From: Thermoleophilia bacterium
Lineage (GTDB): Bacteria > Actinomycetota > Thermoleophilia > RBG-16-64-13
Reading direction: 5' to 3'
Assembly: GCA_026415615.1 (NCBI GenBank)
Contig: JAOAGT010000005.1
Location: 2,447-66,446 of the forward strand
Length of the DNA stretch: 64,000 nt
Part shown: one piece after another, positions 55,081 through 64,000 of the stretch
Position numbering within the stretch: the first letter of the stretch is position 1
Layout of the letters: the number at the start of each line of letters is the position of its first letter
The notes under the pieces: model-generated
What the model was told of the DNA's origin: nothing
What the model saw: the letters and a program-made list of their open reading frames with translations, nothing else
Database searches by the model: none
Translations under genes and position numbers: made by a program

Positions 55081-55428
55081 CTATTCGATTGGTTCCAGGT
55101 ATGGGCTACCGTCTCTGGTAGTGGCCTTAAACAGTGCTGTCCACGTCCATGCTCCCTGACTCCAAGCATCCAGGTCTAGGTCCCGAGCAGCGCCCTCACG
55201 GAAGGCCAACTCAACCGTACCGCCTCGCTCAAACAAAGTCTCGGGCAGCAGCCACCGGATCCGGGAGCCAGGATACACGCCAGAACGGCTTATATAGGCA
55301 AACTCATTTAACCAACGCGCGCCAGTTAGCACAAACTCAGGTCTGGCAGCAAAATCAACCTGGACCCAGACATCAACCCAATGTCCTTCAGCTTGTCGTA
55401 GCTCAATTTCAGCTCGAAGTGTTGCCAT
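55081..55428 (-). CDS. hypothetical protein
   Basis: 115 aa from the internal ATG (MATLRAEIELRQ...). The longer ORF-track version (to 55530) would overlap tRNA-Thr. No recognisable motif. Confidence 0.35.
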   Translation of the reverse strand: MATLRAEIELRQAEGHWVDVWVQVDFAARPEFVLTGARWLNEFAYISRSGVYPGSRIRWLLPETLFERGGTVELAFREGAARDLDLDAWSQGAWTWTALFKATTRDGSPYLEPIE

Positions 55429-55472
55429 CGCCGGTAGATGCGCCTCAAACAGCAACTGCTGCAACAAGAGAA

Positions 55473-55544
55473 AGCCGGCGAAGGGACTCGAACCCCCAAC
55501 CTGCTGATTACAAATCAGCTGCTCTACCATTGAGCTACACCGGC
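55473..55544 (-). tRNA. tRNA-Thr (anticodon UGU)
   Basis: Hand-folded cloverleaf: GCCGGTG TA GCTC AATGGTA GAGC A GCTGA TTTGTAA TCAGC AGGTT GGGGG TTCGAGT CCCTT CGCCGGC T. Confidence 0.9.
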
Positions 55545-55634
55545 TAGTGCTTTGATGCGCAAGCGGGCATTAATTTTAGCGCGCTCGGAAAAAACGCGGG
55601 GCCAGGAGACAATGACAAGCCTTGGATCAGAGAC

Positions 55635-56315
55635 TCACAGGAGCACGCGACGACTCTCCAGGTGCAGAGTAACCTTTCGCTTAATCCTCTGAAGCGCATT
55701 ATCCACCGTCTTGGTGTCGTGACCAATCCGGGCCGCTATCGCTTGGTATGAATTACCCTCCAGATAATACCTAAGCACCTCAGACTCCAGCGGGCTAAGC
55801 ATCTTTACCAAACAGCAGGTTAGGCTCTCGACCTCTTCTGAGCTGATAACGTGCTGGACAGGATCGCTCGTCCGGCCCGACGGAAGTAGGTCGGCCAAGC
55901 TACGACTGTCCAGGTCGCCCCCTGCGGGAACATGACTAAAGCTGACATATGTGTTGAGCGGCAGGTGTTTTTGGCGCGATGCGGTCTTTATCGCAGTAAT
56001 GATCTGCCTGGTTATACAGAGCTCTGCAAAGTTCCTAAAAGTAGTACTGCGGTCATGCTCGTAATCACGGATCGCCTTAAAAAAGCCGATGCTTCCCTCC
56101 TGCACCAGATCATCGGTGTCTCCGCCAGCAAGAAAATACGAACTCGCTTTGACGCGCACAAAATGCCGGTATCTGTCCCAGAGGATCTGAAAGGCTTCAG
56201 TGTCACCCTTCTTGGCCGCGGCCACCAGCTCCTCGTCAGTTGGCTCCGCCCATAACTCGACCGGAATAGTCCTCGTTAGCCGCCTCTGCCGCCCAGCAGC
56301 CGCCGCCCTTTTCAT
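55635..56315 (-). CDS. sigH: RNA polymerase sigma factor, SigH (Spo0H) type
   Basis: FAELCITRQIITAIKTASRQKHLPLN and DNALQRIKRKV are near-identical to the corresponding B. subtilis SigH segments as I recall them. Position after yacP is as in Bacillus. Confidence 0.9.
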   Translation of the reverse strand: MKRAAAAGRQRRLTRTIPVELWAEPTDEELVAAAKKGDTEAFQILWDRYRHFVRVKASSYFLAGGDTDDLVQEGSIGFFKAIRDYEHDRSTTFRNFAELCITRQIITAIKTASRQKHLPLNTYVSFSHVPAGGDLDSRSLADLLPSGRTSDPVQHVISSEEVESLTCCLVKMLSPLESEVLRYYLEGNSYQAIAARIGHDTKTVDNALQRIKRKVTLHLESRRVLL

Positions 56316-56369
56316 AGCCAGCCCTCCCGCAAAGACCAGTCACCGAGAATTCCCTGCATCGACCTGGCA

Positions 56370-56882
56370 CTACTCGCCGGAGCCTCGCGCCAACTCGTCT
56401 CTCAGAGCTCGCAAGCGCTCCGCTACCCTGGGGTCGATCCTATCTTCCACCCGATGACTGATTCTAATGCATTTTTGTAAATTTGCAATCCTTTTTGTGT
56501 GTTCTTGCAAGTCCAAGACAAATTGGCGGGAGGAACATCGCACTACATTTGCCCGAAAAATCGTCTTTTGCAGCTCGTAATCGGACGACACAGCCACCAC
56601 GCTCTCCCCCACGCTAAGAGCATAAGTCGCCCGTTCTATGATGCTGTCCGCCGAGCGAGAGAACGAGCCGAAATACACTTCCACATTTGGTGTTGCACTC
56701 TCAACTTTTTGCAAGGTCTGGCTGCGGGAGTCAAATACTATGATGGCTCGGTCAGAAGTGCCCCCCATATAGCTGGCGACGCGATCGATGAGGCGCTTGC
56801 GCTCCTCTTCTAAGTCATCGACCGCCCGGTGCCCAACAAGTTCGTGCAGTAAGTTATAGCCGTCAATAATGTAGACCGTCAT
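56370..56882 (-). CDS. NYN-domain RNase, YacP/Rae1-like
   Basis: MTVYIIDGYNLLHE N-terminus typical of YacP. Start set at the internal ATG (rc of 56880-56882). Confidence 0.85.
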   Translation of the reverse strand: MTVYIIDGYNLLHELVGHRAVDDLEEERKRLIDRVASYMGGTSDRAIIVFDSRSQTLQKVESATPNVEVYFGSFSRSADSIIERATYALSVGESVVAVSSDYELQKTIFRANVVRCSSRQFVLDLQEHTKRIANLQKCIRISHRVEDRIDPRVAERLRALRDELARGSGE

Positions 56883-56939
56883 AGAGGTAGACCGTCGTAG
56901 ATTTATTCCGTTCTCGCTCAGGGCACCGCGCACGGCCTC

Positions 56940-57815
56940 CTACGTACTTTTGCGCCGCTGTCGCACAGCCTCAAAGAGCAAGATGGCTGCACAAACACTG
57001 ACGTTAAGGGAGTTTACTTGCCCCAGTAAAGGCACTGATATAAGCACGTCACAAAATGATGCCACCCGGCGCCCCAGGCCCTCCCCCTCCGAGCCCAGAA
57101 CAAAGCACGTCGGATAGGCATAATCCTGGTCGCTGTAAATGTCCGCTGCACCCGGTTCGGCTCCATACACCCAAAAACCTGCCGAGCGCGCCTCGGCCAA
57201 AAAGTCGCTCAGGTTGCGTACTTGAGCTACCGTGGCATGCTCAGTAGCGCCTGCTGAGGCTTTGACCACCGCCGGGGTCACCTCCGTGGCCCGATGTCGT
57301 GGGATAATCACTGCCGCTCCAGCTGCCTCGGCAGTTCGGATGATGGCTCCCAAGTTTTGTGGGTCCTGGACCTGGTCTAATGCCACAAGCAAGCTAAAAC
57401 CGCGCAGCACTTCTTCTGGGTTGACATATTCGTAGGGGTCAACCACCGCCGCCATCCCCTGATGCTCAGTAGTTCCCAGCCTGGCAGTCAATTCCGAGGC
57501 AGAGGTAAAAGCGATCGGAGGGAGCTCGCGGTTAAAGTTCGCACACCAGGTGCGCAGAGCCTGTTCCAACGACTGGCGTTTCTCCCCCTGGGCGATCAAC
57601 ACGGAATGAACCTTTCTACGCCCACGGAGAGCCTCGCGGACAGCGTTGCGCCCGTAAATCAGGTCCATCCCGTCGCTAGTTCTTTTCGTGGAAAGCGTCC
57701 TCTTGACTTGCCCGATTCTCGTGGGACGAGCGGCTCCAATCTCTTGGGAGCCTTGGGAGTCTGACTTATGCGAAGAGCTACCTTCTCTTGACCACTTTGA
57801 ATCCACCGGGAACAT
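56940..57815 (-). CDS. rlmB: 23S rRNA (guanosine-2'-O)-methyltransferase RlmB (TrmH/SPOUT family)
   Basis: IYGRNAVREAL substrate-binding N-domain and SPOUT motifs (LDQVQDPQNLGAIIRTAEA, VLGSEGEGL, SLNVSVCAAILLFE). The ORF-track start overlaps cysS by 38 nt. An alternative start is MDLIYG at 57668. Confidence 0.88.
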   Translation of the reverse strand: MFPVDSKWSREGSSSHKSDSQGSQEIGAARPTRIGQVKRTLSTKRTSDGMDLIYGRNAVREALRGRRKVHSVLIAQGEKRQSLEQALRTWCANFNRELPPIAFTSASELTARLGTTEHQGMAAVVDPYEYVNPEEVLRGFSLLVALDQVQDPQNLGAIIRTAEAAGAAVIIPRHRATEVTPAVVKASAGATEHATVAQVRNLSDFLAEARSAGFWVYGAEPGAADIYSDQDYAYPTCFVLGSEGEGLGRRVASFCDVLISVPLLGQVNSLNVSVCAAILLFEAVRQRRKST

Positions 57816-59208
57816 CCCTTATCTCGTAGCCTCGCTCGAGTATCAGCGCCCTCAACTGATCGGCCCGGGCATAGTCGCGGGCTTGCCGGCAACGCTGCCG
57901 CTCTTCTGCCATAGCAACTATGTCCGGTGGAATCGTTTCCTCCCCTTCCATTACCCCGTCAAGACCCAATATGTGCACCAGGCTTGCCATCTCCCCGTGT
58001 ACCGCTCTCGCCTGATCGCGACCAAGCAAGCCGGAAGCAAGGGCCCCGTTGATCTCGCGAGCAAGTAAGAACACCTCTGCTAAAGCAGCTGCGGTGTTGA
58101 GGTCATCCGCCATAGCCTCGAAGAAAGCCTGCCGTCTCTTAGCCACCTGCTCAAGAAAGCGATCGCCTTCACAGCTTATCGCGAGCGTTTGTCCTTCTCT
58201 TGCCCCGACCGCTGGACTGTCTGCTTCTCGTTCCCTGAGAGCTACAAAGACGTTGCGCAATCGCTCAACCTGACGCTCTGCTTCTTCTAGCGCCTCCTCG
58301 CCAAACTCCATTGGGCTGCGATAGTGGCTGCTCAAGAAAAGTGTCACCAGGGCTTCCGGCCGGTGGCCATCCAGCACTTCACGCAAAGTTAGTACGTTTC
58401 CACGGCTTTTTGACATCTTTTCCTGGCTTAAGGTCAGCATGCCATTGTGAGCCCAAAAACGCACAAATGGAACTCCTAACGCGGCCTCGGCCTGAGCAAT
58501 TTCGTTTTCGTGATGAGGAAAAATGAGATCGCGGCCGCCGCCATGAATATCAAACCCGGGTCCTAGATACTTGAGACTCATCGCTGAACACTCAATGTGC
58601 CAGCCTGGCCTGCCGAGGCCCCAGGGGCTCTGCCAGGCAGGCTCACCCGGCTTTGCGGCCTTCCAGAGGGCAAAATCCAGCGGGTCATCCTTGTCCTCGT
58701 CCGGTGCTATGCGAACCCCGTGACGCATCTCCGCCACTTGTTGCTTGGAAAGCTTCCCGTATTCCGGGAAGCTCGTAACGTCAAAATAGACATCTCCGCC
58801 ACGTTGATAAGCATGGCCGCGCTCGATCAGTTTCGTCACCAGCTCAATGATTTCGGGGATATGCTCAGTAGCATAAGGTTCGATGTCTGGTCGCCCGAGA
58901 CCGAGACGATCTGTGTCATTGCGATAGGCCTCAGCAAACTCAGAAGCCACATCGGCTGCTGTTCGCTCCTCACGCGCTGCGCGCGCAATTATGCGGTCGT
59001 CAATATCTGTAATGTTTTCTACCAGAGTGACCGTATACCCTTGGGATTCGAAATATCGCTTTGCCACTAGAGAAAAAACAAAGGGACGGGCATTGCCCAC
59101 ATGCACGTAGTTGTACACTGTGGGGCCACAGACATACATAGCCACTCGACCTGGGTCTCGCGGAACAAAATCGCGTTTGTCTTGAGCCATCGAGTCGTAA
59201 AGGCGCAC
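57778..59208 (-). CDS. cysS: cysteine--tRNA ligase
   Basis: 476 aa with [16 protein letters not shown] (HIGH) and KMSKSRGN (KMSKS). Confidence 0.96.
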   Translation of the reverse strand: MRLYDSMAQDKRDFVPRDPGRVAMYVCGPTVYNYVHVGNARPFVFSLVAKRYFESQGYTVTLVENITDIDDRIIARAAREERTAADVASEFAEAYRNDTDRLGLGRPDIEPYATEHIPEIIELVTKLIERGHAYQRGGDVYFDVTSFPEYGKLSKQQVAEMRHGVRIAPDEDKDDPLDFALWKAAKPGEPAWQSPWGLGRPGWHIECSAMSLKYLGPGFDIHGGGRDLIFPHHENEIAQAEAALGVPFVRFWAHNGMLTLSQEKMSKSRGNVLTLREVLDGHRPEALVTLFLSSHYRSPMEFGEEALEEAERQVERLRNVFVALREREADSPAVGAREGQTLAISCEGDRFLEQVAKRRQAFFEAMADDLNTAAALAEVFLLAREINGALASGLLGRDQARAVHGEMASLVHILGLDGVMEGEETIPPDIVAMAEERQRCRQARDYARADQLRALILERGYEIRDVPGGFKVVKRR

Positions 59209-59254
59209 CTTTCTACTTCCTTTCCTGTAACCGCTGCACCGCTAACTCTTGCAA

Positions 59255-59740
59255 TTACGAGCCTACAAAACGCATGACCAGCGCCACCGCCTGAGCAGCA
59301 ATTCCCTCTTTTCTCCCGGGAAAACCCATGCCCTCAGTAGTGGTCCCCTTCACCATCACCTGTTGGGCTGTGACACCCAGGGCCTTCGCTAGACGCTCCT
59401 GCATTGCAGCCCGATAGCCGACAATCTTTGGCTCCTCGCAGATCACCACGGCATCCACGTTTACAACGCTCCAACCGCGATGCCACAACAGCCGGCTTAT
59501 CGCCTCTAAGAGCTGCACACTGGAGGCATCCTTGTACCGCGGGTCGGTGTCCGGAAACAACACTCCTATATCCTCTAGCCCAACCGCTCCCAGCAGGGCA
59601 TCGATGATTGCATGCGTTAGGACATCAGCGTCACTATGCCCTTCCAAACCGTCATGGTCGCGAATCCGCACACCCCCTAGTACGAGTGAGCGCTTTGAAG
59701 CAAAGCGATGGGCGTCAAAACCGATCCCGACCCTGAGCAC
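59255..59740 (-). CDS. ispF: 2-C-methyl-D-erythritol 2,4-cyclodiphosphate synthase
   Basis: 161 aa with MLRVGIGFDAHRF and GHSDADVLTHA motifs. Confidence 0.95.
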   Translation of the reverse strand: MLRVGIGFDAHRFASKRSLVLGGVRIRDHDGLEGHSDADVLTHAIIDALLGAVGLEDIGVLFPDTDPRYKDASSVQLLEAISRLLWHRGWSVVNVDAVVICEEPKIVGYRAAMQERLAKALGVTAQQVMVKGTTTEGMGFPGRKEGIAAQAVALVMRFVGS

Positions 59741-59760
59741 GCTTCCCCCTAGAATGCTCG

Positions 59761-60483
59761 CTACTCCAGCCGCTCGGCGAGAATGCGCTCCGCGCGACGC
59801 AGGTCAAAACGGTCGGTCACCTTGATGTTCTCTGGCGAGCCGTGTACTACTGCCACCCTTCCTCCTTGCGACTCCACCAGGAAGGCATCGTCAGTAGCCT
59901 GCAGCAACAGATCATCGGAGGCGCTGTACGCGTCAAGAAGCACCCGCCACCGAAAGATCTGGGGAGTTTGTGCATGCCAAAGCCGACTGCGATCAAGAGT
60001 ACGAGCGATCAAGTGGTTCTCGTCTACTAACTTGATCGTATCGACTGCGGGCACGCCCAAAACCACCCCGTCGAGGCGAGGATCTTCTTCTAGAGCAGCC
60101 ACAGCCCGCTCAATCTCCGCGCTTGTCACCAAGGGGCGAGCCCCATCGTGCACCCCCACCAAATCCCAAGCTCCAATTTCCGCTAAAGCCCGCAGCCCAT
60201 TTCTCACAGAGAAAGCCCTTTTCTCTCCGCCAGGCACAACAGCCACCACTTTGCCTATCTGCCGACGGTCGACCTCCATAGAACAGTACCCAACGTCCTG
60301 GGGGTGCACCACCAAAGCGAGAGCGTCCACGCGAGGGCAAGCGCTTAGCGCCATCAAAGTGCGCTGGAGCATCGGAACCCCGAGCAGGGGCACGTACTGT
60401 TTTGGCAAACCCGAATCTAGCCGGGTGCCGTATCCAGCAGCAGCAACCACGATGGCCAGGGTCAGGCGACGCAGCTCAGCCAT
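59761..60483 (-). CDS. ispD: 2-C-methyl-D-erythritol 4-phosphate cytidylyltransferase
   Basis: 240 aa with AIVVAAAGYGTRL (P-loop-like), VHDGARP and a GT-A fold. Confidence 0.93.
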   Translation of the reverse strand: MAELRRLTLAIVVAAAGYGTRLDSGLPKQYVPLLGVPMLQRTLMALSACPRVDALALVVHPQDVGYCSMEVDRRQIGKVVAVVPGGEKRAFSVRNGLRALAEIGAWDLVGVHDGARPLVTSAEIERAVAALEEDPRLDGVVLGVPAVDTIKLVDENHLIARTLDRSRLWHAQTPQIFRWRVLLDAYSASDDLLLQATDDAFLVESQGGRVAVVHGSPENIKVTDRFDLRRAERILAERLE

Positions 60484-61543
60484 TTTCGCGGGCCTCCTGC
60501 TGGACTAGGCGGGTGAATATCATTTTGCCCGAGGGATTCTGCAAGACTGACGTCACCTCGACCTCAACGTCCTGCCCAAGCCGACTGCGCCCGCCTTCTA
60601 TCACCACCATGGTGCCATCGTCCAAATAGCCTACTCCCTGATCTTCCTCTTTGCCCTCTCTGAGAACCCGCACCGTCAAGCGCTCGCCTGCTACAACCAC
60701 CGGCTTCAGGCTATGGGCCAGCTCATTGACGTTTAAGACCTCCACTCCCTGAATCCGGCACACCCGATCCAGGTTGTAATCGGTGGTGAGGATACTGGCC
60801 TTGAGCTCTTTGGCCAGCCGGATAAGCTTGGCATCGACTTCACTTAAGTTTGGAAAGTCGCGTTCAATGATGGTCACCCGGCCACTACTTTCTTGGAGAC
60901 TGTGCACCATTTCAAGGCCACGCCGGCCCCTGGCTCGCCTCACCGGGTCTGCCGAGTCGGCCACAGCCTGAAGCTCGGCCAGTACAAACGCCGGGATAAT
61001 AAGGTCCCCCTCTATGAAACCCTTGGCTGCAGCGGCTGCTACCCTGCCATCAATAATGGCCGACGTGTCCAGCAATTTGGGACGGACGAACTGTTTGGCT
61101 CCCAGCTGCTGCAGAAGCCCCCGGAAACCCAAAAGGCGAGCAAGATCGGCGTGGCGCTTGTAGCCCAGGTAGGCAAACACGTAGCCGCTTACCGCATAAA
61201 GCAGCGGCAGAAAGTAAACACCCACAACCGGAAGGTCCTTGATGGCAAGACCGCCTAAAGCGGCAATGGCCAAACCAAGCAGAAGACCAAGTCCAGTGAA
61301 GATAAGTCCGCTTGCTGTGACCACTGAGCTCTCGCGGTCCAACCTGCGGGCAAGACGCGAAGCCGCCCGACCGAGAAATCCTCCTACCACAGCTCCGATA
61401 ACTACCCCGGCCAAAGCGCACAGGGCTACCAGCAGAGCATATGCGACGGAACCCAGCCCAACCTTGGCCAAATACCGCACACCAAGCTCGTACCCCGCCA
61501 CTCCTCCTACAAGAGCAGTAAGAAGTCGTAGTGCGACGATCAT
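60476..61543 (-). CDS. PIN/TRAM domain membrane protein (YacL-like)
   Basis: 355 aa. Four N-terminal hydrophobic segments, a PIN domain (LLDTSAIIDGR) and a C-terminal TRAM-like domain. Position between disA and ispD as in Bacillus. Confidence 0.85.
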   Translation of the reverse strand: MIVALRLLTALVGGVAGYELGVRYLAKVGLGSVAYALLVALCALAGVVIGAVVGGFLGRAASRLARRLDRESSVVTASGLIFTGLGLLLGLAIAALGGLAIKDLPVVGVYFLPLLYAVSGYVFAYLGYKRHADLARLLGFRGLLQQLGAKQFVRPKLLDTSAIIDGRVAAAAAKGFIEGDLIIPAFVLAELQAVADSADPVRRARGRRGLEMVHSLQESSGRVTIIERDFPNLSEVDAKLIRLAKELKASILTTDYNLDRVCRIQGVEVLNVNELAHSLKPVVVAGERLTVRVLREGKEEDQGVGYLDDGTMVVIEGGRSRLGQDVEVEVTSVLQNPSGKMIFTRLVQQEARENG

Positions 61544-62631
61544 TATCCGTAGCGCTCCAGAAGGTCACGTTGACGTAGGCGTATCAACCCTTCCTTTATC
61601 TCTCGCGCCCGGGCCATACCCATGTCGCCTACCGAGGCAAGCTCCTCCACCGGCGCGGCAATCAAGGCTTCAAACGTGCCAAAACGCCGCACAAGTTGCT
61701 CGATGGTCTGGTCCCCGGCGCGCAGTATCTTGCCCAGCATGCGATACCCGCGCGGTTCAAGCCTGGTTTCAATCGCATTGACATCGCTGGGATAGCCGAG
61801 AATTTCAGCTACTACTTCGGGAGATAGAAGTTGTTCAGACGATAACATCCTAAGCGCGCCCAATACCTTTTGCACTTGTTCAGGAGAATTATCGGGCAAA
61901 TAGTCCATGAGGACCGCGAGCTGGTTTTCTCGGACATTGAAGAGAAGCTCTTCCAATTGCAGCTCTACCAAGCGCCCCTCGGTACCCAGCTCGACAATGT
62001 AGCGCTCGATAAGCCGAGAGAGGGCAAGAACCATCTCCGTTCGCTGAAGCACGGTAATCACATCCATGAGAGTGACCCCGTGCTGAAACTCCAGAGTAGA
62101 AAGCGTCCTCACTACCTCGTTAAGTCTGTTTCTAAATCTTTCCAGAGTCTCTAGCGCCTGGTCTGCCTTGGCCAGAATCACCCGGATCGGATCCATGATG
62201 TACCTGATCTCGCCAAGATAGACCGTAACCACATCTCGAGCGGCGGAGATGGAGATGGCGAGGGTATCAAGCTGCTTGGCTACCCGCTCCGCAGTTCGGT
62301 GACGAGTGCCTGTCTCTTGGCTGTCGATGCGGGCGTCCGGCATTAGCTGGACATTGGCGTGCAGGATGTGCGTGCCAGCACGGTCAAGCAAAATGGCCCC
62401 GTCCATCTTGGCAAGCTCGTAGAGAATCATTGGCTTAAGAGCCACATCAATGTCGATGCCGCCAGAGATCAAGGGGCGGATTTTCTCTTCATCAGCAAAA
62501 ACTAAGAGAGCCCCTGTGCGCGCCCGCACAATGTTGTCAATGGCCTGCCGCAGCAAGGTGCCTGGAGCGATCATGCGTAGCGCCTCAAGCAGACGCTCCT
62601 CTCTTGCCGGAATTAGCCTATCCATCGCCAC
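61543..62631 (-). CDS. disA: DNA integrity scanning protein DisA (diadenylate cyclase)
   Basis: 362 aa. DAC domain with MDGAILLD and GTRHRTAERV motifs, plus a C-terminal HhH domain. Confidence 0.93.
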   Translation of the reverse strand: MAMDRLIPAREERLLEALRMIAPGTLLRQAIDNIVRARTGALLVFADEEKIRPLISGGIDIDVALKPMILYELAKMDGAILLDRAGTHILHANVQLMPDARIDSQETGTRHRTAERVAKQLDTLAISISAARDVVTVYLGEIRYIMDPIRVILAKADQALETLERFRNRLNEVVRTLSTLEFQHGVTLMDVITVLQRTEMVLALSRLIERYIVELGTEGRLVELQLEELLFNVRENQLAVLMDYLPDNSPEQVQKVLGALRMLSSEQLLSPEVVAEILGYPSDVNAIETRLEPRGYRMLGKILRAGDQTIEQLVRRFGTFEALIAAPVEELASVGDMGMARAREIKEGLIRLRQRDLLERYG

Positions 62632-64000
62632 TCCTACTCGTCACCAGACTGACAGCCTCCCGCACGTCTGCTACCGCGCGTATACACGCTTGCTCAGCAA
62701 AAGTCTTGTTTCGCACGCATTCCTCAACATTGCGCGCCGGGGCCATTACTTGCCCGAAGCCCCGACGCAGGAGTTCCTGCACCCTTTTCTCGCCCTGCAA
62801 GACGTAGCGCACCTTCCCGGTGAGACTCACCTCGCCAAAAGCAGCTAGCCCGCGCCCGTCTGACTTTCCCCGCCAGGCTGTAGCAATCGCTAGCAGCACG
62901 CCTAGATCGGCCGCCGGATCCTCAATAGCCAGCCCTCCCGCTACATTAACAAAAACGTCGTACTTGAGTAGCGGGACCCGCGCTTTTCGCACCAACACCG
63001 CCACTAACATTGCCAGCCGGTTGCGGTCCACTCCCCGCGCCACCCGTTGCGGTCCCGGCAGATAACTTGGGGCAACCAGCGCCTGCACTTCGGCCAAGAG
63101 GCAGCGGCTCCCTTCCAAGACCGGCACAACCACAGACCCCGCCCGCGCCTCTCCTTCGTCCAGAAACACCGAGGCTGGATCTGGGATCTCAGTGAGACCC
63201 CCTTCCTCCATTTGAAAGATGCCCACCTCATTGGTGGACCCAAAGCGGTTTTTCACCGCCCGGAGAATCCTGAAGGGCTGCGTACGCTCTCCCTCAAAAG
63301 AGAGAACCGCGTCAACCATATGTTCAAGCACGCGCGGACCAGCCAGGTCTCCTTCTTTGGTGACATGACCTACCAGGACAAGGGCAATGCTATTTTCTTT
63401 GGCCACCCTCAGTAGTTGAGAAGCCGCTTCGCGCACCTGCGCAACCGAACCCGGTGCGGAGCCCACCTCTCCACTCCAGAGTGTTTGTACTGAATCGACC
63501 ACGCAGACAGCGGGACGAATCTTGCCAAGAAGTGCAGCAACCGCCTCCGTTTGGGTCTCAGTGACCAAGAGAAGGCGGCTTCTCTCGCCACCCAGCCGAA
63601 GGCTGCGGAGCCTTACTTGTGCCGCCGACTCCTCGCCTGACACTAGTAGAGTTGAGACCCCGCGTTTCTCAAGGTTAAGCAGCGTCTGAAGTAACAGGGT
63701 GCTTTTTCCGATTCCCGGCTCGCCTCCCACCAACACCACCGAACCGGGAACCATGCCCCCGCCCAAGACGCGATCAAATTCAGCAAGCCCCGTGCGTATG
63801 CGGATGTCTTCGCCCGCCGTGATATCTGCGAGCGCGCGCGGGACAGGTAGGGCATCCACCGGGACAGCAGGTCTTGCTTTCGCTGAAGCCAAAGAGCTAA
63901 CAGACGTCCCTGTTTGCTCTACTATGCTGTTCCACGTCCCGCAAGCCGGGCAACGACCAAGCCATCCGGGCGACAAATAGCCACACTCCTGACACACAAA
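62618..64000 (-). CDS. radA: DNA repair protein RadA (Sms), N-terminus probably just beyond window end
   Basis: Zinc finger CQECGY...CPACGTWN, Walker A VGGEPGIGKSTLL, the KNRFG motif and a Lon-like C-domain. The frame is still open at position 64000. Confidence 0.95.
   Translation of the reverse strand, partial: FVCQECGYLSPGWLGRCPACGTWNSIVEQTGTSVSSLASAKARPAVPVDALPVPRALADITAGEDIRIRTGLAEFDRVLGGGMVPGSVVLVGGEPGIGKSTLLLQTLLNLEKRGVSTLLVSGEESAAQVRLRSLRLGGERSRLLLVTETQTEAVAALLGKIRPAVCVVDSVQTLWSGEVGSAPGSVAQVREAASQLLRVAKENSIALVLVGHVTKEGDLAGPRVLEHMVDAVLSFEGERTQPFRILRAVKNRFGSTNEVGIFQMEEGGLTEIPDPASVFLDEGEARAGSVVVPVLEGSRCLLAEVQALVAPSYLPGPQRVARGVDRNRLAMLVAVLVRKARVPLLKYDVFVNVAGGLAIEDPAADLGVLLAIATAWRGKSDGRGLAAFGEVSLTGKVRYVLQGEKRVQELLRRGFGQVMAPARNVEECVRNKTFAEQACIRAVADVREAVSLVTSRSGDG

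Noticed and set aside
55429-55530. Longer version of the hypothetical ORF starting at 55530
   Set aside because: Its first ~19 codons would be encoded by the antisense-identical strand of tRNA-Thr (55473-55544). An internal ATG at 55428 avoids the tRNA.

Overview
GC-rich bacterial chromosomal segment, tightly packed: about 60 protein genes, 2 tRNAs, many 1-8 nt gene overlaps, and mostly housekeeping content. By eye there are no transposases, prophage genes, rRNA or CRISPR arrays. Two blocks follow the Bacillus/Clostridia gene order: tsaE-tsaB-rimI-tsaD followed by CIRCE-controlled groES-groEL, and radA-disA-yacL-ispD-ispF-cysS-rlmB-yacP-sigH. This suggests a GC-rich Firmicutes-like organism, but that is inference only. 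Other content: panC, rho, hom, lysA, hpt, mutM, argS, rlmH, a metal ABC importer, Crp/Fnr plus hcp, hisG, glmM, a MarR plus heterodimeric ABC exporter operon, a TPR protein, a 12S/5S/1.3S carboxyltransferase cluster, nfi and a hybrid histidine kinase. Loci worth a second look: (1) an accessory-looking stretch between hisG and glmM (30.8-35.9 kb). It holds a B12-radical-SAM enzyme with a small desulforedoxin-like Cys protein, then a Zn-ribbon/DUF4145-like protein coupled to a 590-aa transglutaminase-like protein, with a convergent nucleotidyltransferase. (2) An archaeal-type cyclic-2,3-diphosphoglycerate gene pair coupled to a metallophosphoesterase (11.5-14.8 kb). (3) An orphan near-consensus promoter driving a roughly 150-nt rod-like structured RNA candidate (19.6-19.8 kb, 6S-like). 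(4) An HPS-RraA fusion gene. (5) Two genes whose conserved N-terminal motifs lie upstream of any ATG/GTG/TTG start. All family assignments come from reading motifs in the translations. No database search was run, so the hypothetical families need profile-HMM confirmation.
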